DNA of 54,311 nt from a virus. Taxonomy: Duplodnaviria > Caudoviricetes. Of this stretch, positions 27,201-36,826 are shown in pieces (position 1 is the stretch's first letter; every line of letters starts with the position of its first letter). The stretch spans positions 1 through 54,311 of the IMG/VR virus record IMGVR_UViG_3300014501_000541; one strand, given 5' to 3'. The notes beneath the pieces are model-generated. The model worked only from the letters and a program-made list of their open reading frames with translations, searched no databases and was not told where the DNA came from. The position numbers and the translations under genes are program-made.

Positions 27201-28851
27201 TCGCAGAACTCACATTACCGCTTCCCGATGGCGTGCCGCACGCAACCGTGCCGGTCGCGGAGAAGCCGGTCACGAACTGGCCGCCGGAGCAGGATGACCC
27301 TATATAAGAAGATAGGTTGCCGTTCGCGTCATAGAGGCCAAGGGAACTTGTGGCGAGGTCGATCTTCCATGCTCCGCCGGAATATTCAAGCGTTCCTGTC
27401 GCCAAGGCTGGTAAGGCTTTGCCATTGAGGCCGATCACGGTCACGGTGTCCGTGATCGAAGTCGCTCCTGAGGCAGTTCCCGTAGCATCGCCATTCATGA
27501 TGAACGTGATCGTTTGGTTTCCGGAGATGCACGTGACGGCGAGCGAAACGGTTCCTGTGGAATTGGCAGCCGTGACGCAGCCTTGTCCGGTGAACGATGT
27601 CACGCCGGTATTGGTGTAAGTGCTTGTGCTGTTCGCGGCTGTTGAAGTCGTTGTGATTGAAATGCCCGCACCTGCGACATTATTGTGAGAAGTCGATGTC
27701 GCGCCATTGATTGAAGTTACGGCGGCCGTGAGCCAACTCGGGTTATAAATCACGCCGAGAGAGCTGGATGTTATGGTCACGGCCCCGTTCGATCCATTCA
27801 CCGATGTGACGCCGTTCGCGCACGCGATGGTGCCGGTTGCTGATATGCCCGTTGCAAATTGGTTCGCTCCGCACGGGTTTGAGCCTGCGAAAGCGAGTAC
27901 GACTCCCGATGTGTTCGTCACGAGCAAGGAGTTCGTGGTCGAGGCGAGCGTCGTCGTGCCATTGGCGGTCAAGCCCAGGCTAAACGTTTCAAGAGCGTTC
28001 CAAATGGCCGCATAGGCCGTATTGAGAGTCGCCGTGGCACTGATGCCGACTTGGACGACAGTTACGCCATTTGCCCCGTAGACGTTCGTCGAACTCGCGC
28101 CACCCGAAGGCACTGCGCACGTTATCGTTCCCGTTGGCGATATCGTTTGCACGAAATTGCTCCCGCTACAGCCCGTTCCGAGGTTCAGCGTGTAGGTTGT
28201 TGTCGTGTTCGTGGTTGAGGTCGCTTGCGTGAGCGATAGGCCTGCTCCGGCTGAGTACGTGTAGGTTGGAATACTCACCGAGCCGCAGCTCACGATGCCT
28301 CCCGAAGTGATCTGGTTCACGAACTGACTTGCGCTGCAGTTTTGCGTCGCGCCATTGTTGAGCGACACCGATACGGTCGTCGTGGCTCCCGATACCGTGC
28401 TGGTTGCGCCGGTGCCGGCCGCGATGTTGTAGTTCGTGGATTTGTTGCCGTTGATGGTCGGCCACACGACGCCGAGCGAGCTCGACGTGATAGTTATGAC
28501 GCCGCTCAATCCGTTCACGCTATTCACAATCTGTGTGCTGCTGCTCAAGAAGTCGGATGGATGATAGAGCTGCCACGTTCCGGCCCAATCTCCCGTATTC
28601 GTCGCGACGCCGGTTCCCGTGATCGTGATGCCTCCGCTTGATGTTGAAACTTGGCACGTGCCGGCGCAGAGGATATAGGCCGGCGTGTATGTTCCGCTTC
28701 CGTTGCCGATGAGAACCTGGCCGGATAGCGGCGCGGTAACGGTTCCCGTTCCACCTTGCACCGGATAATACGGTGCTGCATGAACCGTCAAAACCTGCCC
28801 CACGATGGCGAGGGCGAAGATTGAAGCAATGGCGAGATACAACTTCTTCAT
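24265..28851 (-). CDS. Large exported fibre/adhesin-like protein (1528 aa)
   Basis: Sec signal, T/S/G-rich, VTSVNG motifs, Cys-pair repeats, ~85-aa internal duplication. Confidence 0.8.
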   Translation of the reverse strand: MKKLYLAIASIFALAIVGQVLTVHAAPYYPVQGGTGTVTAPLSGQVLIGNGSGTYTPAYILCAGTCQVSTSSGGITITGTGVATNTGDWAGTWQLYHPSDFLSSSTQIVNSVNGLSGVITITSSSLGVVWPTINGNKSTNYNIAAGTGATSTVSGATTTVSVSLNNGATQNCSASQFVNQITSGGIVSCGSVSIPTYTYSAGAGLSLTQATSTTNTTTTYTLNLGTGCSGSNFVQTISPTGTITCAVPSGGASSTNVYGANGVTVVQVGISATATLNTAYAAIWNALETFSLGLTANGTTTLASTTNSLLVTNTSGVVLAFAGSNPCGANQFATGISATGTIACANGVTSVNGSNGAVTITSSSLGVIYNPSWLTAAVTSINGATSTSHNNVAGAGISITTTSTAANSTSTYTNTGVTSFTGQGCVTAANSTGTVSLAVTCISGNQTITFIMNGDATGTASGATSITDTVTVIGLNGKALPALATGTLEYSGGAWKIDLATSSLGLYDANGNLSSYIGSSCSGGQFVTGFSATGTVACGTPSGSGNVSSATTTVTNDFPFWSGSNQLSATSTVVAGPGGITNTGNVTTTNETVSSTLALMNVTPSGTIVYPVSVDANGFLDIGPIIGNTPGSGASTTQEFNIVEQNCPNNASTSNQSECDWSMSTLYPDGTRTFDDLNQESYPGFNGTGWFETATGASSTADAFLYPYVIEMSNEGAGTTIQHHLLFQITPVNATGTWLGATFTLTGNTTITGTESVSSNANVLGNFSIGTSTQNGNFYVACPGTCTMRISRGGTGNYGTQVFSTAGTDEWEFGMLNDGSNTFHIADANNGGDVLRAVQNGSTTIGNSGSGIGITFATAATASTTLTVNQTSTFKGTINTTITPNSFVATDGSGNLIATSTPSGGSGFTTANASSGIAVTTSSNSISIQNTGVTSFAGNGCVSAANSTGTVSLTVSCLAANQLITLSLSQDATGTATGTTSINVTSTVQGLEGKSLPAVTTGTFYYQSGAWHLGNAVDVSGNPYATSTKINGTSGTGFTINGSGNETSTTTGTSTTLFLINSGVASGTYPCATITLASSGIVNAASAGSCGGGGGISGSGTSTDIALFNTSSSLSASDTLQWVPIGSFGTGLYVGKGASKGVVALENTSTYILATTGYMTAEDNNVGGEPFWILEPYGIQLGFDTGTGGSILIGDGASGEGSGADTNGIFFDSVNGGSGPFDSFDTSQLTGNVTTTVPNETGVIALGGGNGVPNDCAKWSDANTLTDAGLPCGSGGGGGGSGVSSTTPVTSGTVSMFSGTNSITNAPITVSGNTVTVGSTSTVPQFPLITENASGSPLLTVASTGQVDVYPNGGTFNLNFGGSFFNMTTPVNINDASASSSLIGAGVGTTTIPANTLNPGSEISMNLQGIYAKPGTADNITWYFKFAGLTFATNAEAPLVSSTGTISAQCYATIATVGTNGTFYPACDIKYFTSTVGTQDSWVFPSSVYAAQTINTTINNSIDFWYGTASAQASNSITSTVATFLLTP

Positions 28852-29421
28852 TTACTGATATTGGGCAACGTGAGGAAGTCCGGAGAGGGATGCGGAAGGC
28901 GGGACTATATAACTAATCGTAGTGCCTGAGATGGTGTAGTCAATCCCCTGTTCTTGTTCCTGGTAGTTGAGACGTAGGTGGATGGAGTTCGGATCGAAGG
29001 GAGCGGGCGAAATGGTAAAGGTCGTGTTAGAACCGTTGATCGTGCCGGACACGTTGACCAAGCGCCAGGGCTTCTGCAGATTCGAGCCGATGTCCGTAAT
29101 CATCTTGGCCGTGATGCCAAGCATGAGCGTGTAGGTTTTATTGGCCGTATTCTTCGTGGAAGCCGCGCCGCCGCCTGTCGCACTTTCTGCCCCGCGCATA
29201 ATCGTAAGCGTGCTGCCGGAAACGGCGGTCACTCTGACAATCTCGGCGTTCGGGTCATTTGAAGGATCGGGATAATCCGTGCTGTTCCACCACGTTGCGT
29301 TCCAACCTCCGCCGCTGAGAGCAGAGGGAACGGAGTTCGCGATGATTGAAGTATCCGACGCGCCGTACGTGCCGCTTACCGTGAGTTTGACCAGGTTATA
29401 GACAGCGTCAAGATTTGCCAT
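28852..29421 (-). CDS. Virion structural protein
   Basis: EIVRVTA.SG..LTI.RG.E motif; G.INGSN..FT, QGIDYTISG. Confidence 0.7.
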   Translation of the reverse strand: MANLDAVYNLVKLTVSGTYGASDTSIIANSVPSALSGGGWNATWWNSTDYPDPSNDPNAEIVRVTAVSGSTLTIMRGAESATGGGAASTKNTANKTYTLMLGITAKMITDIGSNLQKPWRLVNVSGTINGSNTTFTISPAPFDPNSIHLRLNYQEQEQGIDYTISGTTISYIVPPSASLSGLPHVAQYQ

Positions 29422-29424
29422 GCC

Positions 29425-31731
29425 TTAATCAATTGACACTTCATCGGGACGCAATATGCAAAAACAATTCGGATGTAATGGCGGTGCGCCGACATCGCCG
29501 TAATCGAGCGACATCGTTTTAGCTTCGTCGCCTTCGCCTACCGTAATTGAGTCGCCGTTATTGAAGAAATTCTGGTCGATACTTACGACTTTGCCATTCA
29601 GAGATAAACAGAATGAACAGGGGTCTTGTGAGGCGGTGTACCATTTCACAGTTTTAACGACGCCTGATTGCTGCCATGCCGACTTCAAAGCACTGTTCGC
29701 CGTCCGAAATGATTCGGTCTTCGCAACCATTGCGGCGCGGCTCTCATTGCTCCACTCGTAGACCTGGTCAACACGCTTCGTGATATCGGCCAGCGATTCC
29801 CCAGCCTGTAGGCCTTCGTTGATGTGGTCTTCAAGCGAAGCTAAGGTTGTCTCCTGGTAGCTCTCGGACATCATCTGCACGGACTGGTGGACGGCTTCTC
29901 TCGTTGCTTGGGTGAAGTCGAAGGTGGATTGCACTTCGGCGGCGGCTTGCTTTGCCTGCTCGACAAAGAGCGTTTCTATGATCGGACTCAAAGCGTCCGT
30001 TGTTATCGAGATCCACTTCTTGATGTCAAAGAGGTCGCCGGGATTTATGGCTTTGCCGACGATGCCGGGAAGATGGGAGAGCACTTCGGCCTTCTGGTCG
30101 GCGTTGAGTTTCTGAACGGTAGTTTCAATATCTTTCTCTACGGCGTGGACGTAAGCGCTCCATTCTTTCCAGCGGGTTTCGTCGTGCTCTTTCGTCGAGA
30201 CGAATTTCTTCGTCGGGAAATCGAGGCGCTTCTTGAGATCGGCTTTGATCTTGTTGGCGAGGCTTTCGCGCATCTCTACACGTTTCTTTGCGAGCTTTTG
30301 CAGCTTGGTACGTAGCGGCCGGAAAGCAAGGTTCAGGCCTTTCATGCGCTTCGCGTTCGGGTCGTTTTCAGGCTGCGGCGCGGCGTCCGAGTTCCCTGCC
30401 GAGGAACCAATCGGGGCCATCGCGGTCGGTGCCATGAGCGTATCGCCGCCGTCAACCGGCCCACGGCCGAGATAACTTTCGCGGCCTTCGTTTGCGGTCA
30501 AAAGCGGTTGGTTGCCCATCGCAGCTTGCATTTCCTGTACGCGGAAGGCTTTGTCTTCTGGTACGGGATCGATGAAGCTTATGTACAAATCATCGCCGTA
30601 ACGCGGGACGAGGCGGTCGTTCAAGACAGCGCAGATGAGCATCATGTGTGGCTTAACGACGCGCTTGCTGAATACATAGTCGGCCGTTTCAGCGGTCGCG
30701 CGATTCGTATCTGATTCTGCCGTGCCGAGAATCGTTCGTGAGACGCCGAACATGGCGAGGATGCGGTCGCGCATATCCTCGGACATGTTTTTGAAGTCCA
30801 TGTCTTTCGGAGAGCTGCCGGCGTTCTGCCACTCCACACCTTTCGGAAGGACGCCGATGCGGTTCATGTTGTCGATCCCGCCATGCACGTCCATGAAACC
30901 GATCTTGAGCGATTCAATCTGCGTCTCGGCTACAAACTCGCTTTTCAGGAATCCGGACGGGCGCGCGCCATTGATGAAGAACTTGCGGTTGAACTCCATC
31001 GCATAGTTGTCGTTGTCGATGTATTCCGCCCCGGCCATGACGGGGCTGTAACCGCTGTGGTAATCGGAGGGGTTTGGCAGGTCGAAATGAATCACCTCGT
31101 AAGGCTTAAATACATACTCTTGCGTTCCTATCCGCATCTTGTATCCCATGAGCTGGTACGGCCAAGAGCGCCGGTCGATCACCGACTTAACTTTATCGGC
31201 CGGCATGAGATGAAGAGCCTTCGGCTGGTCGAGGTCATTCTTCACACCTTCGAGATAAAGGTACGTGTCACCGGTAAGGTCGAGGCACGCGGAGAGCAGA
31301 TACTTGAGCTTCAGCCCGTTCATGTTCTCGTTCGGCGCGTCGAGAAGGTCAAGGATCTCGTGGTCTTTCTTTTCCTCATGGTCATCGCCATCCACTTCGA
31401 AAAGACGCCAATCGATTGCCATGACTTCGCGGGCCTTTGCGTTTACGGCGGCGTAGACGAAACCTTTGTTGTTCTCAATTGCCCGCGTTGCATCGATGGG
31501 ATTAGTTCCCGATGGGCGCTCGATGATGAACTGGTTGCCACTGCCGTTTAATTCGCCGAATGTTGCGCGGCCGGACTTTGTCATGACACTTTTCACGACG
31601 CCGTAGCGCGTCATGGCCGGCCCGCCCTGCTCCTGCTCATGGAGTTCGGGATAGAAATTAGCCGCAATGCCGCGTAACCTACGCGCTATCCAGCTTGGCT
31701 TGTTATTGGCGTTAAGGGAGGGTGAAGCCAT
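29425..31731 (-). CDS. Portal protein fused to MuF-like minor head domain
   Basis: FF.NGARPSG, KDMDF, FGV portal motifs; C-terminal KW..C..C and PPLHPNCFC. Confidence 0.92.
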   Translation of the reverse strand: MASPSLNANNKPSWIARRLRGIAANFYPELHEQEQGGPAMTRYGVVKSVMTKSGRATFGELNGSGNQFIIERPSGTNPIDATRAIENNKGFVYAAVNAKAREVMAIDWRLFEVDGDDHEEKKDHEILDLLDAPNENMNGLKLKYLLSACLDLTGDTYLYLEGVKNDLDQPKALHLMPADKVKSVIDRRSWPYQLMGYKMRIGTQEYVFKPYEVIHFDLPNPSDYHSGYSPVMAGAEYIDNDNYAMEFNRKFFINGARPSGFLKSEFVAETQIESLKIGFMDVHGGIDNMNRIGVLPKGVEWQNAGSSPKDMDFKNMSEDMRDRILAMFGVSRTILGTAESDTNRATAETADYVFSKRVVKPHMMLICAVLNDRLVPRYGDDLYISFIDPVPEDKAFRVQEMQAAMGNQPLLTANEGRESYLGRGPVDGGDTLMAPTAMAPIGSSAGNSDAAPQPENDPNAKRMKGLNLAFRPLRTKLQKLAKKRVEMRESLANKIKADLKKRLDFPTKKFVSTKEHDETRWKEWSAYVHAVEKDIETTVQKLNADQKAEVLSHLPGIVGKAINPGDLFDIKKWISITTDALSPIIETLFVEQAKQAAAEVQSTFDFTQATREAVHQSVQMMSESYQETTLASLEDHINEGLQAGESLADITKRVDQVYEWSNESRAAMVAKTESFRTANSALKSAWQQSGVVKTVKWYTASQDPCSFCLSLNGKVVSIDQNFFNNGDSITVGEGDEAKTMSLDYGDVGAPPLHPNCFCILRPDEVSID

Positions 31732-31734
31732 GTA

Positions 31735-32142
31735 CTACGCAGGCATGATTTTTCCGTCCTTGATTTGGAAGGCGTGCGCCGCGTCATACATTCCGAACGG
31801 GCATCGAATGGGTTTGTCGAGCGTCAGAGGATCGCGAGAAAGGATTTTATTGTCGAGCTGGCTCATCAGTGGAAGACCACAGAATGGGCAGCTCATCACG
31901 ATTGTAGTGGGATGTTCAACTATAAGTTTTTGGGGCTGGCGCAAGATCACACGCCGAAACCACGATGCGTTCTCATAGTGCGCAACGGTATTCGAGCGGA
32001 AATAAAAATCACCGGCCTTCATGCCTTGTTCTTGAGATTGAGAAACTAGCTGGCCGGAACCGTCGTGAATGGCGACGTTCGTGCCTTCAAAGACTTGTGT
32101 TTTGTCGATCTCAGTTGCGAACTGTGCTTGTAAGGCGACCAT
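31735..32142 (-). CDS. Hypothetical protein with CxxC
   Basis: SCPFCG; TATAGT 7 nt upstream of ATG. Confidence 0.6.
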   Translation of the reverse strand: MVALQAQFATEIDKTQVFEGTNVAIHDGSGQLVSQSQEQGMKAGDFYFRSNTVAHYENASWFRRVILRQPQKLIVEHPTTIVMSCPFCGLPLMSQLDNKILSRDPLTLDKPIRCPFGMYDAAHAFQIKDGKIMPA

Positions 32143-32223
32143 TGACTTAACTATAAGATTTCTGCGGAGAAAAGCTATTGTGGACAAAGGGGATACAATG
32201 GACGCCGCAATTGGAGGTTGACG

Positions 32224-32880
32224 ATGGACGTTAAAATTGGCACGGTTGTAGCCCTTTTTGTTTCATCGTGCCTTTCCGCTGGTGCCGGGGCATTTGTTGG
32301 AAGTTACCTGAAGAAGAAGGGTGAAAATCTTGCCACGAAAGAAGACCTCAAAAACTTAGTAGAACAGATGAGCGCCGTAACAAAAGCGACGAAGGAAATC
32401 GAATCTAAAATATCTGGTGAGTTGTGGGATCGGCAGAAACGATGGGAAGTGCAGAAGGAGGCGATATTAGAGTCCCTGAAAGGGTTGGGCGCTGCTGAAG
32501 GCTTGCTTGGGAAAATGCTGTACGCATTTCGTACATATCCTACAACATCAGATGTTGATGCGGCCAAGCGCGAAGAGGCACAGAATGAATTTTTGACAGC
32601 CATCCAGTCATTTTGGCGCTCAAAACTGACCACGGAGATCGTATGCGGCCAGCGCATCAGCGATCAACTCGACCTTCTCGATAACCTAATGGGACGAATC
32701 AGAGACAGGGGTAGGCAACGGCAGTTTGGTGAGGCCTGGACTTTGATGGAAGAGATTAACACTGGAAATCGAAACCTAAGAAGCATAATCCGCGAAGAGC
32801 TTCGGTTCGAGATTAACCTTAGGCCTCAATCCAATGTATCTTCGGCAGCTCCAAGCCCTGGTTCACAAGCCCCTGAATGA
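32224..32880 (+). CDS. Membrane-anchored hypothetical protein (moron)
   Basis: GGAGG RBS, TACAAT -10, N-terminal TM, YLKKKGENLATKED motif. Confidence 0.75.
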   Translation: MDVKIGTVVALFVSSCLSAGAGAFVGSYLKKKGENLATKEDLKNLVEQMSAVTKATKEIESKISGELWDRQKRWEVQKEAILESLKGLGAAEGLLGKMLYAFRTYPTTSDVDAAKREEAQNEFLTAIQSFWRSKLTTEIVCGQRISDQLDLLDNLMGRIRDRGRQRQFGEAWTLMEEINTGNRNLRSIIREELRFEINLRPQSNVSSAAPSPGSQAPE

Positions 32881-34270
32881 GCCACACAAGCGCATCGCAA
32901 AGGTCATCGTGTGATTCCACGCCTAGATTGAATATCTGTCCGAGTAGCTCTTCGCAGCCGCTTCGTGGGAATAGCACTGTACCGTTTTTGATATACGGCG
33001 CGACAACCTGCAGGCGGCTACGCTTATCGGTCGTCGGTTTCATGGGCACAACCGGAAGCATGGCGCGTTCCATCTCCTGGATGGCAGCTTTTTGGTAGGC
33101 AACGTCTTCCACGAAAAATATATTTGCGCCGCCCATCTCACCGGGAATGGAGCGCACTTTCTTCAAAAACTCATGGAATGTCACATGCTCGTTGTAAGGA
33201 TTCGGCCGGATGAAGATTTTCGGCGCGTCGTCCTGGTAAAACACTTCCCCGCTCACGATGCTCGTATAGTCAGCGTCTTCTTTCTGTGAGATCGCAAGGT
33301 CAACGCCGTGGCCTTTCATCGCCGCCGATGATTTGGGTTTTTCGTCGTAGTAATGGATATCCTCCGGCCGGATAATCGCTTCTTCTTCAGCGACAATTTT
33401 TAAAAGCATTTCCCGCTGCCAGGCGACCGCTCCCATATCCCGTTCTTTGTCTTTGAGCGATTGCGTGGTGGGATACATCGCCGGCCAGGTGCATACGCCG
33501 TCCTTATCTATCAGCGGAAATTCGAGAACCTTGAACCCACTTCCCGGCGTTTTTAACCGGGAAAGCAACGCATCCTGGTGGAGCAAGTTGCCGATAACGA
33601 CGAGGCGTCCTTTGCGTGCGTCGAGACCGCCGACGATTTCGTTTCGGAGCCAACGGTCTGTCTTGTCCCGGTTCTCTTTGGTCCGTACCCATTCGGCGTC
33701 CTCTGGGTCGTCGATCACGGCGAGCTTTGGGCGATATTGCAGATGGCGCAAGCCGCGCACCTTCTGGCCGCGCGACCGGGCCAAGATGCGGACGCCATTC
33801 GAAAGAACGAGGTTTTGCTTCTGCCATTCCTCGCCGTCGCCTTTCAGCGTGAAGTCCTCAATGACATTGCCTTTGATCTCGCCGTAGTCCTGCTTGATCA
33901 GGTTGTTGTTTTCGAGTTCGGATTTGATGGAGCTAATATTTAAGGTCGCCTGGCGGCTCGAATCAGCGATAAGCAGGATGAACGGATATTTGTCCGGATG
34001 CTCCAAAGCAGCCCACAAAGGCAAAGCCAAGCTGCCGAACGTACTCTTGCCCGATCCGCGAAAACCGATAATGAGCAGACGCTTTAAGGTGTCGTCTTCT
34101 AGCGCGTGGACAAGGTGTGGATGGAAACTGGCCGGCGGGTCGGTGAAATAGCCGGAGAGGTAAACCAGCGAAAAACCCAAGAGAGTCCGGGCTGACTCCC
34201 TACGTGCCTCGTACGTCTCAAAAAATGACTCAGGCGGGGGTTTCTGGAGTTGGTTGGGGTGTTCCTGCAT
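32819..34270 (-). CDS. terL: Terminase large subunit
   Basis: Walker A GFRGSGKST, Walker B VIDD, GVDLA, HDDLCDA nuclease motifs. Confidence 0.93.
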   Translation of the reverse strand: MQEHPNQLQKPPPESFFETYEARRESARTLLGFSLVYLSGYFTDPPASFHPHLVHALEDDTLKRLLIIGFRGSGKSTFGSLALPLWAALEHPDKYPFILLIADSSRQATLNISSIKSELENNNLIKQDYGEIKGNVIEDFTLKGDGEEWQKQNLVLSNGVRILARSRGQKVRGLRHLQYRPKLAVIDDPEDAEWVRTKENRDKTDRWLRNEIVGGLDARKGRLVVIGNLLHQDALLSRLKTPGSGFKVLEFPLIDKDGVCTWPAMYPTTQSLKDKERDMGAVAWQREMLLKIVAEEEAIIRPEDIHYYDEKPKSSAAMKGHGVDLAISQKEDADYTSIVSGEVFYQDDAPKIFIRPNPYNEHVTFHEFLKKVRSIPGEMGGANIFFVEDVAYQKAAIQEMERAMLPVVPMKPTTDKRSRLQVVAPYIKNGTVLFPRSGCEELLGQIFNLGVESHDDLCDALVWLIQGLVNQGLELPKIHWIEA

Positions 34271-34757
34271 CCTCCTTGGGGGCGGGCAATAGGCCCCAAT
34301 TTTCGAAGACAGACCGGATGGCCTGTTTGCGTTCGTCCGGAAGCGGGGTGTTGCGGATCGTGGCGTCTAGCGTGCCGAGCTTGCGTTCAAAAACGCCGGC
34401 GTCGAATAGTTTTTCGAAGATAAGGTTGTGGGCTTCGCGGATCTCACGGAGAGCCATTACCCGGTCTTGTTTGCGGGCGAATTCGTCGTTCGCAATCTCC
34501 CACGCGACGGCGGAGATTTCCATCATTACGTCCTGGAAAGAGGAGAGAGCATAGTTGAGCGTGAGCGTGTCGAGGCGCTTTACTCGTTCAGCCTGGATAC
34601 TCTTCAGGAGCGAGGCAAGATACCAGCGATCAAGATCTAAGCCGTCGGCTTTCAAACGCGCTTGTAGAGCTACTTGAGTTATTGCTGGTGACTGAGCAAG
34701 CACGCTGCGAATGCGTGACTTGTAATATTGCTTTTGTTCCTGCGAAATACGTGGCAT
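34230..34757 (-). CDS. Probable terminase small subunit
   Basis: Helical 175-aa ORF overlapping the terL start. Confidence 0.6.
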   Translation of the reverse strand: MPRISQEQKQYYKSRIRSVLAQSPAITQVALQARLKADGLDLDRWYLASLLKSIQAERVKRLDTLTLNYALSSFQDVMMEISAVAWEIANDEFARKQDRVMALREIREAHNLIFEKLFDAGVFERKLGTLDATIRNTPLPDERKQAIRSVFENWGLLPAPKEDAGTPQPTPETPA

Positions 34758-34874
34758 GGAAACGTGGGGATTAGTGGGTTAGTAAGGTAGGCTTTCCGAT
34801 AACTATAGCATTTGAAGATTCATGTGAAAACTTCTGCTTTACAGGAGTAATGCAAGCGCCGATAATGCTAGCTC

Positions 34875-35840
34875 ATGAGACAGTCTATCTGCGCAATAGC
34901 GACTTTAGTGTTTCTTGCAACTTGTTCTGGTCAACCCGTGGCCGCGCAGACGACCGACGCTGCTCAGAAGGTTGGGGCAATTCTAACTTCATATGGACCT
35001 GTACCGGCAACGACTATAGTCCAGGTTCCACACATCCAAAATGTTTGTAGGCAAGATGGTCCAGTACACTGCAAAAGCCATGGAGGCGAGTGCAATCCCA
35101 CTGAGGAGTGTCACAACGAAACGACATATACTACGCATCCGCAAACAACAAATTCTATACTCACCGCTTCAAACATCAGAATACTGCAAAGCGCTCCTAT
35201 TTCGTGGGGCGCAATGACCTCGACTGGCCTTCCTGATCGCATTTATCCGGATACGGGCATAGTTCAGGCCTGTTCCAATGCGCCCGCGCCGGTAACCAAG
35301 GGGTTTTCTCTCGCTGTCGCGTATACAAGGCAGTCAAGTATTCAACTAACTCAATCCGTGCAACACACACAAAACTATACAATCACTTTTGATACCGCTA
35401 AAATTCTGCCCTTTAAGGTTGGCGCTCAGCTTGTTATTGGAGACCAAACAACAAATAGTGTCGCTACAGTTGATACAAGTATACAAACGGTCACCCGCAC
35501 CGACACCGATTCGATCACGGTGAATCCCGGCGCGGTAGGAGTTGTGCAACTACGAGTCTGGCCAGTTCAATACACGCTTCCGTTCACGACGACGGTAACC
35601 GTAGATGCCGACCTTAGCCCCAACGACAAAGGTTTTAAATTGCTATCTGACGTTTTTCCTGATCCCGCGGTGAGAACGTATCCCATCAATGGGACGCTCC
35701 AAGCTGACGACGCATCGGCAGGGGAGGTTGTTGAAATGACAGCGCCCTATGATGCGTCGCTTTGCGACTCTGACGTAACGCAGCATATCGGGGAACACAT
35801 TACACCTTCGAAGAAGGTTAAACTCACTCGTATTCAGTAA
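34875..35840 (+). CDS. Secreted aerolysin/ETX-MTX2-like beta pore-forming protein
   Basis: Signal peptide; S/T-rich strands around an alternating hairpin; ITVNPG...YTLPFTTTV pattern. Confidence 0.6.
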   Translation: MRQSICAIATLVFLATCSGQPVAAQTTDAAQKVGAILTSYGPVPATTIVQVPHIQNVCRQDGPVHCKSHGGECNPTEECHNETTYTTHPQTTNSILTASNIRILQSAPISWGAMTSTGLPDRIYPDTGIVQACSNAPAPVTKGFSLAVAYTRQSSIQLTQSVQHTQNYTITFDTAKILPFKVGAQLVIGDQTTNSVATVDTSIQTVTRTDTDSITVNPGAVGVVQLRVWPVQYTLPFTTTVTVDADLSPNDKGFKLLSDVFPDPAVRTYPINGTLQADDASAGEVVEMTAPYDASLCDSDVTQHIGEHITPSKKVKLTRIQ

Positions 35841-35874
35841 TGACTCAGCAGCCTACCAGGAACTGCCCAAAGCC

Positions 35875-36063
35875 CTATTGCGACAACTTTTTTAGCAATT
35901 CGGTAAGCTTTTTCAGATCTTCGAAGTCGCCAACAATCTCAATCCTCGCCTTCATCATCGTAAGCTTTGTGTGGTCCGGAGTTTCCCCGGATTCATGCAA
36001 AGCCTTCTCCAGCTCCTTCTGGCTCACGGCCGGGCCGAATTTGATGGTGTAGCGGTCGATCAT
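35875..36063 (-). CDS. Hypothetical protein
   Basis: ATGA-coupled to upstream gene. Confidence 0.55.
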   Translation of the reverse strand: MIDRYTIKFGPAVSQKELEKALHESGETPDHTKLTMMKARIEIVGDFEDLKKLTELLKKLSQ

Positions 36064-36386
36064 GTGGGGTTTTTCGGGCAGCTTTTGAGGTAATCCAAAG
36101 CTTCATCGCGCGGCTGCGAATTCAGCGCGAGCCACAGTTTTGCGACGGCTTCTTCGGGAGACGCTGCAACTTGGTCCTTATGTGGGCGACGGCAACAATC
36201 ATTTTCAATCCAACCACCTTGGGCAAGCCATTTCTTTTTATCAATTCGTTCGAGTTCGATAAAGTGATCTCCGCACGCTTCGATAAGCTCGGAGAGGGTG
36301 GGGTAACCACCATGAGTTAATTCTGTATTCACGAATTCCTTTGGGAATCCGGCGTCTTTTAGTTGTTTTATGAGTTCGGTGGTCAT
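36060..36386 (-). CDS. Phage hypothetical protein (PTLSELIEAC...PEEAVAKLWLALN type)
   Basis: Recognisable motif; coupled in operon. Confidence 0.7.
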   Translation of the reverse strand: MTTELIKQLKDAGFPKEFVNTELTHGGYPTLSELIEACGDHFIELERIDKKKWLAQGGWIENDCCRRPHKDQVAASPEEAVAKLWLALNSQPRDEALDYLKSCPKNPT

Positions 36387-36826
36387 GAGGCTTGGGAGGG
36401 CTGCTCAGTCGCCGCAGGGGCTTTAAGAAGTTCGGGCGATTCGTAGATGTTGCCGATGACTTCGAGATAACCGTCATTCAAGAAAAGGCATATGCCATTC
36501 GTTTCACCTCGCCATCCCTTGAGGTCAAATGCGGGATAGGTTCCATCCTCGTTGTAAATGACCTCATAGGTCTTTGCATCACTATCATCCTCAAACTCAC
36601 CACACTTCACTAAATCGCCCTCATAAATCTCCTTCCCGTTCTTGTCCTTGAGGCCGGTGAATTGCATGAGGACTCGGTTCGTATCCGCCGTGCCGACAGT
36701 TGCTTCTTCACCCGGAGCCGGATACGAGTAGCCGGTCGCGCCGTGGCCGATTAGCAATATTCCTACCTCATGCATAGTTTGCGCGTCGATATCCCAAATT
36801 CTGAATTTAGTGTCTTTCATGGTCAC
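36383..36826 (-). CDS. YopX-family protein
   Basis: KFRIWD, MQFTGLKDKNGKEIYEGD, EVIGNIYE. Confidence 0.9.
   Translation of the reverse strand: MTMKDTKFRIWDIDAQTMHEVGILLIGHGATGYSYPAPGEEATVGTADTNRVLMQFTGLKDKNGKEIYEGDLVKCGEFEDDSDAKTYEVIYNEDGTYPAFDLKGWRGETNGICLFLNDGYLEVIGNIYESPELLKAPAATEQPSQAS

Noticed and set aside
10835-31551. Numerous long plus-strand ORFs across the structural module
   Set aside because: Antisense shadows of well-supported minus-strand genes
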